Notes under the pieces: model-generated | Told to the model about the DNA's origin: nothing | What the model saw: the letters and a program-made list of their open reading frames with translations, nothing else | Database searches by the model: none | Assembly (NCBI GenBank): GCA_964524325.1 | Contig: CAZGCT010000005.1 | Location: 61,592-125,591, forward strand | Direction: 5' to 3' | Origin: an uncultured Hyphomicrobiales bacterium | GTDB lineage: Bacteria > Bacteroidota > Ignavibacteria > Kapaibacteriales > UBA2268 | Length of the DNA: 64,000 nucleotides | In this document: in pieces, positions 29,884 to 40,700 of the stretch | How the letters are laid out: each line of letters opens with the position of its first letter | How positions within the stretch are numbered: position 1 is the first letter of the stretch | Position numbers and translations under genes: made by a program

Positions 29884-31359
29884 ATGGGAAAATCTATAAC
29901 TGTTCTTTTTGCTTCGAGTGAAATTTTTCCTTATATTAAGTTTGGCGGTGTTGCAGACTTCTCCTATTCCTTCTCCCTTGCATTAAGAGCTCTTGGTCAC
30001 GACGTTCGAGTTACGATGCCTCGGTATGGAAACATTTCCGAGCGAAAGTATCAAATCCACTTTATTAAAAGATTACAAGATATTCCTATTAAAATTGCAG
30101 GAAAGGAAGAGTTAATAACTGTAAAATCTTCTTCTATATGTAACCAAAGGTATAAAGTCCAATCCTATATCACTACAAATTCATTTTATTTTGATCAAAG
30201 GAAAGCCATCTACAATGACCCAGCAACTGGTAAACCCTATCCCGACAACGACGAGCGTTTCATTCTTTTCTCTCAGTCAGTTATTACTACTTGCCTACTT
30301 CTTAATTGGTTCCCAGAAATTATGCACTGTAACGATTGGCATACAGCTTTGATACCTGTTTTGGCAAAAACATTATACCCAAACAAGTTTAAGAAGACCA
30401 AATTTGTACTAACGGTTCATAATTTCTCCAACCAAGGTGAGTTTCCCCCTTCTACCTTCGATAAAATAGGATTGCCAGAAGAAGTAAGAGAAAAACTTAT
30501 TCACAATGGGATGTTTAACTTCTTAAAGGGGGGAATATTATTCTCTGATTATATTACGACAGTTTCCCCAACTTATGCACAAGAAGTTCTCCAAGATGAA
30601 AATCACACAAAAGGTTTGAATAAAATTTTGTTAGACAGAAACAATAGTTTTGTTGGAATACTTAGTGGGATAGATACGTCGCAGTGGAATCCAAAAATTG
30701 ACAATGATATTGCTTGCAAATTACAAAATAGCAATTTCGAGGAATATAAAAAATGCAACAAAGAAGATTTACTTAAAAGAGTATGCTTGGAGCCTAAACT
30801 TGATGTTCCTTTGATAGGGATGATTTCTCACATCGAAGAGAACAAGGGAATCAAATTGTTAATTGAATCATTCGACAAGATTATTAAAGAAGAAGTTTTC
30901 TTAGTACTGCTTGGAACTGGCGACTTAAATCTAAGCAAGAAGTTGCAGAAATTGATGGAGAAATACCCACAGAAGTTTGTTTTCAGAAATGTTTACGACG
31001 AACAGCTCGCTCATAAAATTGAAGCTGGGGCGGATATTTTCCTAATGCCATCGATTTACGAGCCATGCGGATTCAACGCAATGTATTCGATTATTTATGG
31101 TACAGTACCTGTCGTGCGTGCAACTGGAGGTTTGATTAATTCTGTTGAGCCATTCGACCCTAAAACTGAAAAAGGTGTAGGTTTTGTGTTCGACGAACCG
31201 ACACCAAATTCCCTAGTCAAAAAAATTAAGGAAGCAATTGATGCGTATAAAAACAAAGAGTTATGGAAAAAGATAACACAGAATTGCTTGGAAATGCAAT
31301 TTAATTGGAAAGACTCCGCAGAACAATATGTAGAAATTTATCGAAATTTGATTAGGTAG
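29884..31359 (+). CDS. glgA: Glycogen synthase (GT5)
   Basis: SEIFPYIKFGGVAD, HCNDWH, TVHN, TTVSPTYA, PSIYEPCG and TGGL motifs. Confidence 0.88.
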   Translation: MGKSITVLFASSEIFPYIKFGGVADFSYSFSLALRALGHDVRVTMPRYGNISERKYQIHFIKRLQDIPIKIAGKEELITVKSSSICNQRYKVQSYITTNSFYFDQRKAIYNDPATGKPYPDNDERFILFSQSVITTCLLLNWFPEIMHCNDWHTALIPVLAKTLYPNKFKKTKFVLTVHNFSNQGEFPPSTFDKIGLPEEVREKLIHNGMFNFLKGGILFSDYITTVSPTYAQEVLQDENHTKGLNKILLDRNNSFVGILSGIDTSQWNPKIDNDIACKLQNSNFEEYKKCNKEDLLKRVCLEPKLDVPLIGMISHIEENKGIKLLIESFDKIIKEEVFLVLLGTGDLNLSKKLQKLMEKYPQKFVFRNVYDEQLAHKIEAGADIFLMPSIYEPCGFNAMYSIIYGTVPVVRATGGLINSVEPFDPKTEKGVGFVFDEPTPNSLVKKIKEAIDAYKNKELWKKITQNCLEMQFNWKDSAEQYVEIYRNLIR

Positions 31360-31436
31360 CCATTTAGGTTATGATATTTGGATTTTAATCATAAATTCTC
31401 ACTATTTACGTTTTTCCTCTTTATTTTTAGTGGCAA

Positions 31437-32660
31437 ATGGGCTTTGTGAAAAATTTTTTGCTTGGTTTTGTTGCTTTGCTAACTGTTGGAAATTTTTTAT
31501 CCTCTTGCAACGAACTTCCATCGGAAATTACTTATTCTTTGCTTTACGATACAACATCTGTATTGCCGGTTACTTCGGACAGTGTTGATTTTTTTGCTGG
31601 CCTGCAAACAAAATATGTACCTGCAAGAATATTCAACACAGGTTCAATTTTTGTTGGCGGATGGAATGGATATCGTTCGGCATCTTTGCTCCGTTTCAAG
31701 GAAACGAATTTGCCAGATACTTTGCTTTGGCTTACCGAGGACCGAATCGATAAAGTTGAATTAGTACTTCCTTTCCAAAACTATCTTCTTGGTGATAGTC
31801 TCAATTCTAATTTTTCATTTAAAGTATTTTTAATCAATCAATATTGGACAAACAAAATAACATGGGACTCGATATTTAATGATTGGACACCAAAACCACT
31901 AGTTGAACAAATGCCAATAGGCTCTTTCTCGGGGAAAATAGAATTGAAGGACACAATTAATGAACTTTCAATTCAATTGCAAAAAAACTTTGTACTGGAT
32001 TGGCTTAGGAAGAATAAAGATTCTATACCCATTTGGGGATTGCTTATTGCTCCCGACCCAAGTTGCAACATTGTCCATCAAATTGGTGCTCAATATATTA
32101 CCGAGAGCAAAGTTAGCCATCCAAAGCTTGTCGTGTATTACAAAAATCAGGCAGATGAGAACAGAATTTGGTATATAAATTCCGCCATTGATGCATCGGT
32201 AGTAGATGTACCCAAAGTTGACACTTTAAATTCTTTTGTTATTCAAAGTGGTTTTTCGTATAGGTTCTCAGTTGAATTTGATTTGTCGAAATTGCCTAAA
32301 TTTTCGGCCATACATTTTGCACAACTCGAATTAACGATAGACGCAAACAATACATTTTTTGGCAATACTGGGTTGGATTCTGTGTTTTCCGGCGGGTACT
32401 TTGGCAATAATCCGCTTGATAGTGTTCCCTTAGTATCATTTCTTGGTTCTCGGCAAGGCGAAAAGGTGATTTTTCACAAAGTATCGACTCCAATTGAACT
32501 TTGGCTTAAAGAAACTGGCAAAGGTGAATTGATTTTTTATTCTTACTATTGGAACGAAGTTCGAACTTTGAATCGAATATCATTTTATGGACTTAATGCT
32601 CCCGATCCCAGAAAGCGACCCAAATTAAAACTAATCTATTCAAAACGGTTGTTGAAATGA
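31437..32660 (+). CDS. Putative lipoprotein, DUF4270-like
   Basis: Lipobox LSSC at residue 24; follows glgA, as DUF4270 genes do in Bacteroidota (family call is from position, not verified). Confidence 0.5.
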   Translation: MGFVKNFLLGFVALLTVGNFLSSCNELPSEITYSLLYDTTSVLPVTSDSVDFFAGLQTKYVPARIFNTGSIFVGGWNGYRSASLLRFKETNLPDTLLWLTEDRIDKVELVLPFQNYLLGDSLNSNFSFKVFLINQYWTNKITWDSIFNDWTPKPLVEQMPIGSFSGKIELKDTINELSIQLQKNFVLDWLRKNKDSIPIWGLLIAPDPSCNIVHQIGAQYITESKVSHPKLVVYYKNQADENRIWYINSAIDASVVDVPKVDTLNSFVIQSGFSYRFSVEFDLSKLPKFSAIHFAQLELTIDANNTFFGNTGLDSVFSGGYFGNNPLDSVPLVSFLGSRQGEKVIFHKVSTPIELWLKETGKGELIFYSYYWNEVRTLNRISFYGLNAPDPRKRPKLKLIYSKRLLK

Positions 32661-33889
32661 AAAATCTACTTTTGTTTTTTTTGAGTTTTTTATTATTCTT
32701 TATTTCGTTGGAGGCTTTTGCTCAAGGCGGATCAAATTTTTCCATCTATGGTATTGGAGACATAATGCATAATAGCAGTGGCGTCTACGACGGATTGGGC
32801 TCTTGTGCTATTGCTGTACCTAAGGAAAATTCTATTAACTTGGTTAACCCCGCTCTTTGGGGATTTCTTTCCCAAACAAGGATTCGAGCTGGATATCGGT
32901 TTAATCAAAATTTAGTTAAGACTGAAAATTCCAGATTACTGCAAAACAATGGCAAAGTTGATGGCATCATTTATGGTCTTGCTGTCGACACTGGACGGGG
33001 CTTTAGTATTGTTTTTGGTTTTAATGCTTATAGTACAGTGAATTATTACATTTCAAAAAAAGTTCAGGTAGTGATAGATGACTACGTATTACACGGAAAC
33101 AATTATTATCAAGGTAGTGGAGGAATAACCCAAGGATTTCTGGGGTTATCTTTCAGACCTTTTGATTTTCTCTACTTCGGTGGGATGCTTTTAGCAAATT
33201 TTGGAACAATAAATACTTACAATAGAACTCTAGTTTGGGGTAATTATGCTTCCTCGGCAATAACCGAAAAAAATGATTATTTTGTTGGAATGGGTTACCG
33301 CTTTGGATTACTTGTAGAGCCTTTGAATAATGCTTTTGTTGGCCTATTTTACGAAAACAATAACAAGGCAAAAATAAAAAGTTATTCTCAGCATATTTAT
33401 GAACTTTCTCTAGATACTACATTCGAAAGCGAATCAAAAGTCGATATGCCCTCCTCTTTCGGACTTGGTCTTTCGTATCGCATTGGCAGAACATTGCTCG
33501 CTTCTGAGCTGAGTTATAGTGATTTTAGCAAGATGAAATATAATCTTGGACCAAGAACTAATTTAGGTAAAGAGAACAAGTTTGCTTTTGGAATTTCTTA
33601 TTTGGGTAGCAAGTCTGTTTTTACTTCCTTTTCAAATAGAGTTACGTACAATGTAGGCGGTTACTTCAAGCAATTGTATCCCAAATTGGATGGTGGTAAT
33701 ATTAATGAATATGCATTTACGTTTGGTTTTGAGTTCCCCATTGTAGGCTCAGGCACAATGCTTAATTCTGGTTTTGTTTTTGGAGCAAGAATCCCGCAGG
33801 TTGTAGGACTACCAAGTGAGTATTTTGGGCGTATGATATTAGAAATAACCCTTGGTGAAACATGGTTTGTTCCCTTCCGTAGGGAATAA
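32657..33889 (+). CDS. Outer-membrane beta-barrel, FadL/OmpP1-like
   Basis: Signal peptide AFA-Q, SIYGIGD, INLVNPA motif, alternating aromatic strands, C-terminal WFV..R. Confidence 0.6.
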   Translation: MKNLLLFFLSFLLFFISLEAFAQGGSNFSIYGIGDIMHNSSGVYDGLGSCAIAVPKENSINLVNPALWGFLSQTRIRAGYRFNQNLVKTENSRLLQNNGKVDGIIYGLAVDTGRGFSIVFGFNAYSTVNYYISKKVQVVIDDYVLHGNNYYQGSGGITQGFLGLSFRPFDFLYFGGMLLANFGTINTYNRTLVWGNYASSAITEKNDYFVGMGYRFGLLVEPLNNAFVGLFYENNNKAKIKSYSQHIYELSLDTTFESESKVDMPSSFGLGLSYRIGRTLLASELSYSDFSKMKYNLGPRTNLGKENKFAFGISYLGSKSVFTSFSNRVTYNVGGYFKQLYPKLDGGNINEYAFTFGFEFPIVGSGTMLNSGFVFGARIPQVVGLPSEYFGRMILEITLGETWFVPFRRE

Positions 33890-33931
33890 TTTTATTTTTG
33901 GTTTGGCGTATATGTTTATTATAAAATTAAG

Positions 33932-33960
33932 CAAGGGGCTCAAGCAAGCCCCTTGTTTTT
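33932..33960 (+). terminator. Intrinsic terminator of the glgA operon
   Basis: CAAGGGGCT-CAAGCA-AGCCCCTTG followed by TTTTT. Confidence 0.85.
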
Positions 33961-33985
33961 ATTGCGAAAATTGAAGATTAATTTA

Positions 33986-35542
33986 TTATTTCTTATTAAT
34001 GATCTTTTCGCTTACGGATTTGCCTTGCAAGAAGAGCAGCAAGTAGTCTCTCCCGCCAGCTTTAGAGTCTGTCCCACTCATATTGAATCCACCAAATGGA
34101 TGGACATCGACCATTGCACCAGTACATTTTCGGTTGAAGTATAAATTGCCTACGTGGAATTCGTTCCTTGCTCTCTGAAGTTTTTCTCTGTTCAATGAAT
34201 ACACGGAGCCAGTAAGACCATAAATTGTATTGTTTGCAATTCTAAGAGCATCGTCGTAATCTTCTGCTTTGATAACCGCAAGCACTGGGCCGAAAATTTC
34301 CTCTTGAGAAATACGAGCGTTTGGGTCGACATCTATAAATACAGTTGGTTCAATGAAAAAGCCATCCAAACCGGCGACTTTGTTACCACCACAAAGAAGT
34401 TTGCCTTCCTTCTTTCCGATTTCAATATAAGAAAGAATGCTTTGTTCAGCCGAAGAGCTAATAACTGGACCCATTTGAAAATTGTCTTTGGGGTCGCCAA
34501 TTTTGATTTTTTCTACTTCTTCTTTTAACTTTTTGACAAAAACATCATAGACTTTTTTGTCGACAATGGCTCTGGAGCAAGCGGAGCATTTTTGCCCTTG
34601 GAAGCCAAAAGCTGAAACGACAACGCCTTTGACAGCTTCGTCAAGATCTGCTTCAGAATCGACAATAATTGAATCTTTCCCACCCATTTCAGCAACAACT
34701 CTTTTAATCCAAATTTGACCGGGTGAGGTTTTTGCAGCGAGTTCGTTGATTCTCAAACCAACTTCCATCGAACCAGTGAACGAGATGAATCTTGTTTTGG
34801 GATGGGTTACCAAATAATCACCTGCTTCGGCACCACTTGCAACCAAGAAATTCAAAACTCCATCGGGCAAGCCAACTTTCTTGAATGTTTCGTAAAGAAT
34901 CCAACCCATCATTGGGGATTCGGAAGATGGCTTCAAAACGACAGTGTTGCCAGTTACAATGGCTGCAGAAGTCATACCAGTCAATATAGCTAAGGGGAAA
35001 TTCCAAGGAGGTATTACTAAGCCAACCCCTAGTGGAATATAGAAATATTCGTTTTTTTCGCCTTTAATTTTTGTTAACGGTTGTTTTTGTGCATATCGGA
35101 TAGCTTCGCGACCGTAGAATTCGAGGAAGTCGATAGCTTCGCATGTGTCTGCATCGGCTTCGAGGTAATTTTTGCCAACTTCTGAAATCATCCATGCATT
35201 AATTTCGTAACGACGCCGGCGAAATTCTGCAGCAGCCTTGAAAAGATAATTTGCTCGTTCGCGTGCTGGAACATTTTTCCAAAAATTAAAAGCATTAAAT
35301 GCGGCTTGAATTGCTTTTTCGGCATCGTCTTTGCCAGATTTTTGGAAAATACCGATAACTTCATTTTGGTGGGCTGGGTTAATCGATTTTGTCTTTTTTT
35401 CCGAAAAAACGCTTTTACCATCAATAATGTTTGGATACTCTTTGCCAAACTGGGAGCGTACCTTTTCGATTGCTTGTTTTTGCCTTCGCAAAACTTTGGG
35501 GTCGGAAAAATCCAAGTAGGTCTGATTTGCAAAAGGTTTCAT
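33986..35542 (-). CDS. pruA: 1-pyrroline-5-carboxylate dehydrogenase (RocA/PruA type)
   Basis: IPPWNFPLAI, FTGS, AEMGGK, GQKCSAC, EIFGPV and PFGGFNMSG motifs; start set at ATG 35542 (MKPFAN). Confidence 0.93.
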   Translation of the reverse strand: MKPFANQTYLDFSDPKVLRRQKQAIEKVRSQFGKEYPNIIDGKSVFSEKKTKSINPAHQNEVIGIFQKSGKDDAEKAIQAAFNAFNFWKNVPARERANYLFKAAAEFRRRRYEINAWMISEVGKNYLEADADTCEAIDFLEFYGREAIRYAQKQPLTKIKGEKNEYFYIPLGVGLVIPPWNFPLAILTGMTSAAIVTGNTVVLKPSSESPMMGWILYETFKKVGLPDGVLNFLVASGAEAGDYLVTHPKTRFISFTGSMEVGLRINELAAKTSPGQIWIKRVVAEMGGKDSIIVDSEADLDEAVKGVVVSAFGFQGQKCSACSRAIVDKKVYDVFVKKLKEEVEKIKIGDPKDNFQMGPVISSSAEQSILSYIEIGKKEGKLLCGGNKVAGLDGFFIEPTVFIDVDPNARISQEEIFGPVLAVIKAEDYDDALRIANNTIYGLTGSVYSLNREKLQRARNEFHVGNLYFNRKCTGAMVDVHPFGGFNMSGTDSKAGGRDYLLLFLQGKSVSEKIINKK

Positions 35543-35726
35543 TTTTGCCTCGTTTAAGTTTAACAAAAATGCTAATTTAAGCAAAATAAAAATACTTGAT
35601 TGCAATGCTTAATTCCGATTTATTCTAATAGTATTAAAATGTTGCTTGTTCTGTGGTTAACAGATTAAAGAAAAAAGATAATCCACTTTTAGGTAATTTT
35701 GTATTTTTTTACTTTTGGTGGTTCAT

Positions 35727-36995
35727 ATGTTGGACTTAAAATTTATTCGTGAAAATCCCGATTTGGTTTTTAAAAACATTGAGTTGAAAGGGGAAAGTGC
35801 AAAATTAGATGTACTTTTAGAACTCGATGAGCGACGACGTTTGATTATCGTAGAAGTTGAACAATTGAAACATAAGCGTAATGTTGTTTCCAACGAGATT
35901 GCAAGGTTAAAAAAAGAAAAGCAGGATGCAAATGAAAGAATAGAAGAGATGCGTGTTGTTGCAGAGAAAATTAGGCAAATGGATGACGAATTGCGAGAAG
36001 TCGAAGAAGAAATACGTAAAGAGTTACTATGCATACCAAATATGCTTCACGAAAGTGTGCCCCATGGCAAAGACTCCAGCGATAATCTTGTTGTTCGCTC
36101 TTGGGGAGAACCACTTCAAAAGGAAATTCCAAATCATGTAGAAATATCCAAGAATCTCAATATCTTAGATTTCGAACGAGGGGCAAAAGTTTCAGGTTCG
36201 GGCTTTGCTTACTATGTTGGGAAGGGAGCAGCTTTAGAAAGAGCTTTGATAACTTTTATGCTCGAAAAACACATCAATGAGCATAAATACTTGGAATTAA
36301 TTCCCCCTCTTGTTGTAAATGAATACTCAATGGTAGGAACTGGTCAAATTCCTAAACTTGCCGAAGACATGTATTACATAGAAAAGGATGAGCTTTATCT
36401 TATTCCAACTGCGGAAGTTCCAGTTACAAATTATTACTCCAATGAAGTATTGAGTATTGAAGAATTGCCAAAGAAATTTGTTGCATTTACACCTTGTTTT
36501 CGACGAGAGGCTGGTAGCTATGGCAAAGAAACGCGTGGGTTCCTGCGAGTTCATCAATTTAATAAAGTAGAATTGGTTAAGTTTACAATCCCTGAAAATT
36601 CTTATGATGAATTAGAATCTTTGACAAAAGATGCGGAAGCCATTTTGCAAGCGTTGAAAATTCCGTATCGAGTTGTTTTGCTTTGTAGTGGCGACACAAG
36701 CTTCTCGAGTGCAAAAACTTACGATTTGGAGGTATGGTCCCCGGCGGAAAAGAAATGGCTCGAAGTTTCGAGTTGCAGTAATTTCGCTGATTTTCAAGCA
36801 AGGCGAGCCAACATTAGGTTCAAACGGACTCCCAATGATAGACCAGAGTTTGTACATACATTGAATGGAAGCGGGCTTGCAACTTCTCGGCTAATTGTAG
36901 CACTTTTGGAGAATTATTATGATCCAAGGGATGGAAGTGTAACAATCCCCGAAGTGCTTCGTCAATATACAAAGTTTGAAAGAATAGCAAAGTAA
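35727..36995 (+). CDS. serS: Serine--tRNA ligase
   Basis: MLDLKFIREN, LIPTAEVP, FRREAG, GFLRVHQF, EVSSCSN and TLNGSGLA motifs. Confidence 0.98.
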   Translation: MLDLKFIRENPDLVFKNIELKGESAKLDVLLELDERRRLIIVEVEQLKHKRNVVSNEIARLKKEKQDANERIEEMRVVAEKIRQMDDELREVEEEIRKELLCIPNMLHESVPHGKDSSDNLVVRSWGEPLQKEIPNHVEISKNLNILDFERGAKVSGSGFAYYVGKGAALERALITFMLEKHINEHKYLELIPPLVVNEYSMVGTGQIPKLAEDMYYIEKDELYLIPTAEVPVTNYYSNEVLSIEELPKKFVAFTPCFRREAGSYGKETRGFLRVHQFNKVELVKFTIPENSYDELESLTKDAEAILQALKIPYRVVLLCSGDTSFSSAKTYDLEVWSPAEKKWLEVSSCSNFADFQARRANIRFKRTPNDRPEFVHTLNGSGLATSRLIVALLENYYDPRDGSVTIPEVLRQYTKFERIAK

Positions 36996-37888
36996 TGGAT
37001 GATTATCGTAGGTTTCTGCAACCAAGCGTTGTTGCACAATTAAAGAACATCGAACTCAAAGCGCGATTAGTTGTCGAAGGCTTTATAACTGGGTTGCATC
37101 GTTCGCCATACCATGGTTTTAGTGTAGAATTTGCAGAGCATAGGCAATACAATCCCGGTGATGAAATAAAACATATCGACTGGAAAGTATATGGCCGAAC
37201 GGATAAGTATTTTGTAAAGCAATTCGAAGAAGAGACAAATCTACGTTGCGTAATTGCAATTGACAAAAGTGGTTCGATGCGTTACGCTTCCAAAAATAAT
37301 ATAAGCAAGTTTGAATATTCCGCTTATCTGGCTGCTTCGCTTGCATATCTTCTGATGAAACAAAGAGATGCTGTTGGCTTAGCTTTGTATGATGAAATCC
37401 TTCACACTTATTTGCCTCCTCGGTCGAAAACTTCGTATATATCCGAATTACTAAAAGTAATAGACCAAACGGTTCCATCGGAACGGACTGGAACATCAAA
37501 GGCATTGAACAAACTTGCGGAAAAAATTAATCGCCGTGGACTGGTAATTGTTTTTAGCGACTTCTTCGACGAACCTGAGTCGGTTTTGAATGCGTTTAAA
37601 CATTTTAGACATAAGAAGCACGAGGTTATTGCTTTTCAAATATTAGACCCCCAAGAAATAGACTTTAAATTTTCTGGTTCTGTTTTGTTCAAAGATATTG
37701 AAACATCAGAAACATTGCAAACACAACCAATGCAACTGCGAAAGTTTTATAGTGAAAAGGTCCTGGAATTTGTAAATTATATAAAAAAAGAATGTTTCGA
37801 GCTAAATATTGATTACAACATTGTTCGTACTGATGAACCTTTCGATAAGGCACTTAGGCAATATCTTACAAAAAGAGCCAAGATGTAA
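36995..37888 (+). CDS. DUF58 family protein (second paralog)
   Basis: GLHRSPYHGFSVEFAEHRQY, IDWKVYGRTDK, DKSGSM and SDF motifs. Confidence 0.9.
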   Translation: MDDYRRFLQPSVVAQLKNIELKARLVVEGFITGLHRSPYHGFSVEFAEHRQYNPGDEIKHIDWKVYGRTDKYFVKQFEEETNLRCVIAIDKSGSMRYASKNNISKFEYSAYLAASLAYLLMKQRDAVGLALYDEILHTYLPPRSKTSYISELLKVIDQTVPSERTGTSKALNKLAEKINRRGLVIVFSDFFDEPESVLNAFKHFRHKKHEVIAFQILDPQEIDFKFSGSVLFKDIETSETLQTQPMQLRKFYSEKVLEFVNYIKKECFELNIDYNIVRTDEPFDKALRQYLTKRAKM

Positions 37889-37895
37889 CTTGAGT

Positions 37896-40700
37896 ATGAA
37901 GAATTCTATTGAAATAAAAAAAGCATCTACGCACAATTTAAAGGGAATTGATTTACAAATACCACACAAGAAGTTAGTAGTAATTACTGGTGTGAGCGGT
38001 TCTGGGAAATCATCTCTTGCTTTCGACACAATTTATGCTGAAGGACAAAGGAGATTTGTAGAGTCGATGTCTGCATATACACGGCAATTTTTAGAACGAA
38101 TGCCACGCCCAGATGTGGAAAGTATTTCTGGAATACCTCCAGCAATTGCTATTCAACAAAGAACCCAAGCAAAAAATCCTCGATCTACAGTTGGAACATT
38201 AACCGAGATTTACGATTATCTTAGACTTGTTTTTGGTAGAATAGGCAAAACACTTTGCAAAAAATGCAGAAAGGAAGTTCGACGCGATAATCCCCAAAGT
38301 GTTTACGAACATTTACTTAACACAATTAAGGAAGGAACGAAATTTTTAATAACCTTCCCTCCGAGTGAAAATTATAAGAAAATAAATGAATTCAAAGAAA
38401 GGATACTCGAGCAAGGATTTACCAGAATTTACAACCTTAACGAAAAAGAGGTCCTTTCGCTCGATGAGATTAACTTTTCTGATGTTTTGAGTTTTAAAAA
38501 TAATGCAGTTGTTGCCGATAGAATAATTTTTAAATCAGACGAAGAAACTAAGTCGCGAATAATAGACTCGCTTGAAATTGCTTTCAATTTTGGCGACGGT
38601 AGGATTTGGTTAGTATTCCAAGATGAAGAAAGAATAAGCAAGTTCAGCAGCAATTACGAATGTGCAGATTGTGATATTATATACAAGGAACCCGAGCCAA
38701 GATTGTTCTCTTTCAATAATCCCTATGGGGCATGCCCTGTATGCCAGGGGTTTGGTCGGACAATGGATATCGACGCGGATTTAGTAATCCCAGACAAATC
38801 CAAAAGTTTAAGGCAAGGGGCATTACATCCATTTCGTACGAATTCATTCACCAATATTATGAATGAAATTCTGGAGGCAGCAGTTAAAAGTGGAATACCA
38901 ATTGACAAGCCAATTAAAGATTTCACCTCAGAGGAGATAGATTTTTTATGGAACGGGAACGAACATTTCTGGGGTTTGAACGAGTATTTCCGATACCTTC
39001 AGGAGAAAAATTATAAAGTACAAAATCGAATAATGCTTGCTCGTTATCGTGGTTTTACTACTTGCCGTGCTTGTGGTGGTTCAAGAATACGAACGTCGGC
39101 AAGACAAGTTTTTGTTGGTAAGAAAAATATACCAGAACTTGTTAAATATCCCCTTGATAAACTTCTTGAGTTTTTCGAAAATATTGAATTAACTGAATAT
39201 GAAAAAAAAGTAGTCGGGCAAGTTATCGAGCATGTAAAGTGGCGATTGAAACTTCTAATAGATATTGGTTTGCACTATTTAACACTCGAAAGGCTTGCAC
39301 ATACTCTCTCTGGTGGCGAAATGCAAAGGATTTCGCTTGCAAATGCTTTAGGTTCGTCACTTGTGGAAACACTTTTTGTACTCGATGAACCAAGTATAGG
39401 TTTGCATCCTAGAGATACCGACCGCCTGCTCAAGGTGCTTTTTAAGTTGCGCGATGCTGGGAATACAGTAATCATAGTGGAGCACGACCCAGATATAATT
39501 CGTCAAGCCGATATGATAATTGACCTTGGTCCAGGAGCTGGGGATAAAGGTGGGCACGTTGTTTTTCAAGGGAATTACCACGAATTGCTTCAATCAACAG
39601 AGTCCGTAACAGGTTTATATCTTTCAGGACTTAAGAAAGTAAATATTAACAAACGAGTACGAGACGAAGGGCTTGGAATAATTAAAGTTTACAAAGCACG
39701 GCAAAACAATCTGAAAATTGATTATTTGGAAGTACCATTGGGACTGATGACAGTAATTAGTGGGGTTTCGGGCTCGGGGAAAAGTACCTTGCTATATGAT
39801 GTGATCTATAAAGGATTATATAACATCATGATAAAAAACGAGGCATCGAGTTCTGCTTTCGAAAAAGTAGTAGTCGATGGATACTTTAGTCGTGTTGAAC
39901 TTGTCGACCAAAATCCAATAGGAAAATCCAGTCGTTCCACTCTTGCAACTTTTTCCAAGGTCTTCGATTTGATAAGGGAATTGTATTCCGAGACCCCTTT
40001 GGCAAAGCAACTTGGGCTTAAACCAGGGTATTTTTCTTTCAATGTTCCTGGTGGGCGTTGTGAAGTATGCCAAGGAGAAGGATACGTTACTATCGACATG
40101 CAATTTCTGCCTGATGTTCAGCTTGTTTGCGAAGCATGTAAAGGAACTCGATACAAAAAAGAGGTCAGAAACCTACTTTATAAGGGGAAATCAATTATTA
40201 ACATTCTTGAAATGACAGTCGACGAAGCTATAGAATTTTTCTACGAAGAACCTAAAATCGTCAAGAAATTGCAAATTTATCAAGATATCGGATTAGGTTA
40301 TATCAAATTAGGGCAACCATCGACAACTCTTTCTGGAGGTGAATCTCAAAGGATTAAGTTGGCTTCGTATCTTGACCAGCCGGATACGGAAAATGTTGTG
40401 TTACTCTTCGACGAACCAACCACTGGATTGCATCTTGATGATATCTCGAAATTGCTTGTGTGCTTCGACAAACTGGTGGACTCGGGTAATACTGTTATTG
40501 TTATTGAACACAATCTTTATGTAATATCTTCAGCGGACTACGTTATCGACCTTGGACCCGAAGGTGGGGAAAATGGTGGGCGACTTGTATGTTGTGGGAC
40601 TCCAAGCAAGGTTGCAAAAACAAAGGAGTCCTATACTGGCAAAGCTTTGAAAGAATTTTATAAAATAAATAAGACCCAGAAAGTAAAATTAAAAGTTTAG
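37896..40700 (+). CDS. uvrA: Excinuclease ABC subunit A
   Basis: Two Walker A motifs (GVSGSGKS), FSFN..GAC, LSGGE twice, zinc fingers; start set at ATG 37896. Confidence 0.96.
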   Translation: MKNSIEIKKASTHNLKGIDLQIPHKKLVVITGVSGSGKSSLAFDTIYAEGQRRFVESMSAYTRQFLERMPRPDVESISGIPPAIAIQQRTQAKNPRSTVGTLTEIYDYLRLVFGRIGKTLCKKCRKEVRRDNPQSVYEHLLNTIKEGTKFLITFPPSENYKKINEFKERILEQGFTRIYNLNEKEVLSLDEINFSDVLSFKNNAVVADRIIFKSDEETKSRIIDSLEIAFNFGDGRIWLVFQDEERISKFSSNYECADCDIIYKEPEPRLFSFNNPYGACPVCQGFGRTMDIDADLVIPDKSKSLRQGALHPFRTNSFTNIMNEILEAAVKSGIPIDKPIKDFTSEEIDFLWNGNEHFWGLNEYFRYLQEKNYKVQNRIMLARYRGFTTCRACGGSRIRTSARQVFVGKKNIPELVKYPLDKLLEFFENIELTEYEKKVVGQVIEHVKWRLKLLIDIGLHYLTLERLAHTLSGGEMQRISLANALGSSLVETLFVLDEPSIGLHPRDTDRLLKVLFKLRDAGNTVIIVEHDPDIIRQADMIIDLGPGAGDKGGHVVFQGNYHELLQSTESVTGLYLSGLKKVNINKRVRDEGLGIIKVYKARQNNLKIDYLEVPLGLMTVISGVSGSGKSTLLYDVIYKGLYNIMIKNEASSSAFEKVVVDGYFSRVELVDQNPIGKSSRSTLATFSKVFDLIRELYSETPLAKQLGLKPGYFSFNVPGGRCEVCQGEGYVTIDMQFLPDVQLVCEACKGTRYKKEVRNLLYKGKSIINILEMTVDEAIEFFYEEPKIVKKLQIYQDIGLGYIKLGQPSTTLSGGESQRIKLASYLDQPDTENVVLLFDEPTTGLHLDDISKLLVCFDKLVDSGNTVIVIEHNLYVISSADYVIDLGPEGGENGGRLVCCGTPSKVAKTKESYTGKALKEFYKINKTQKVKLKV

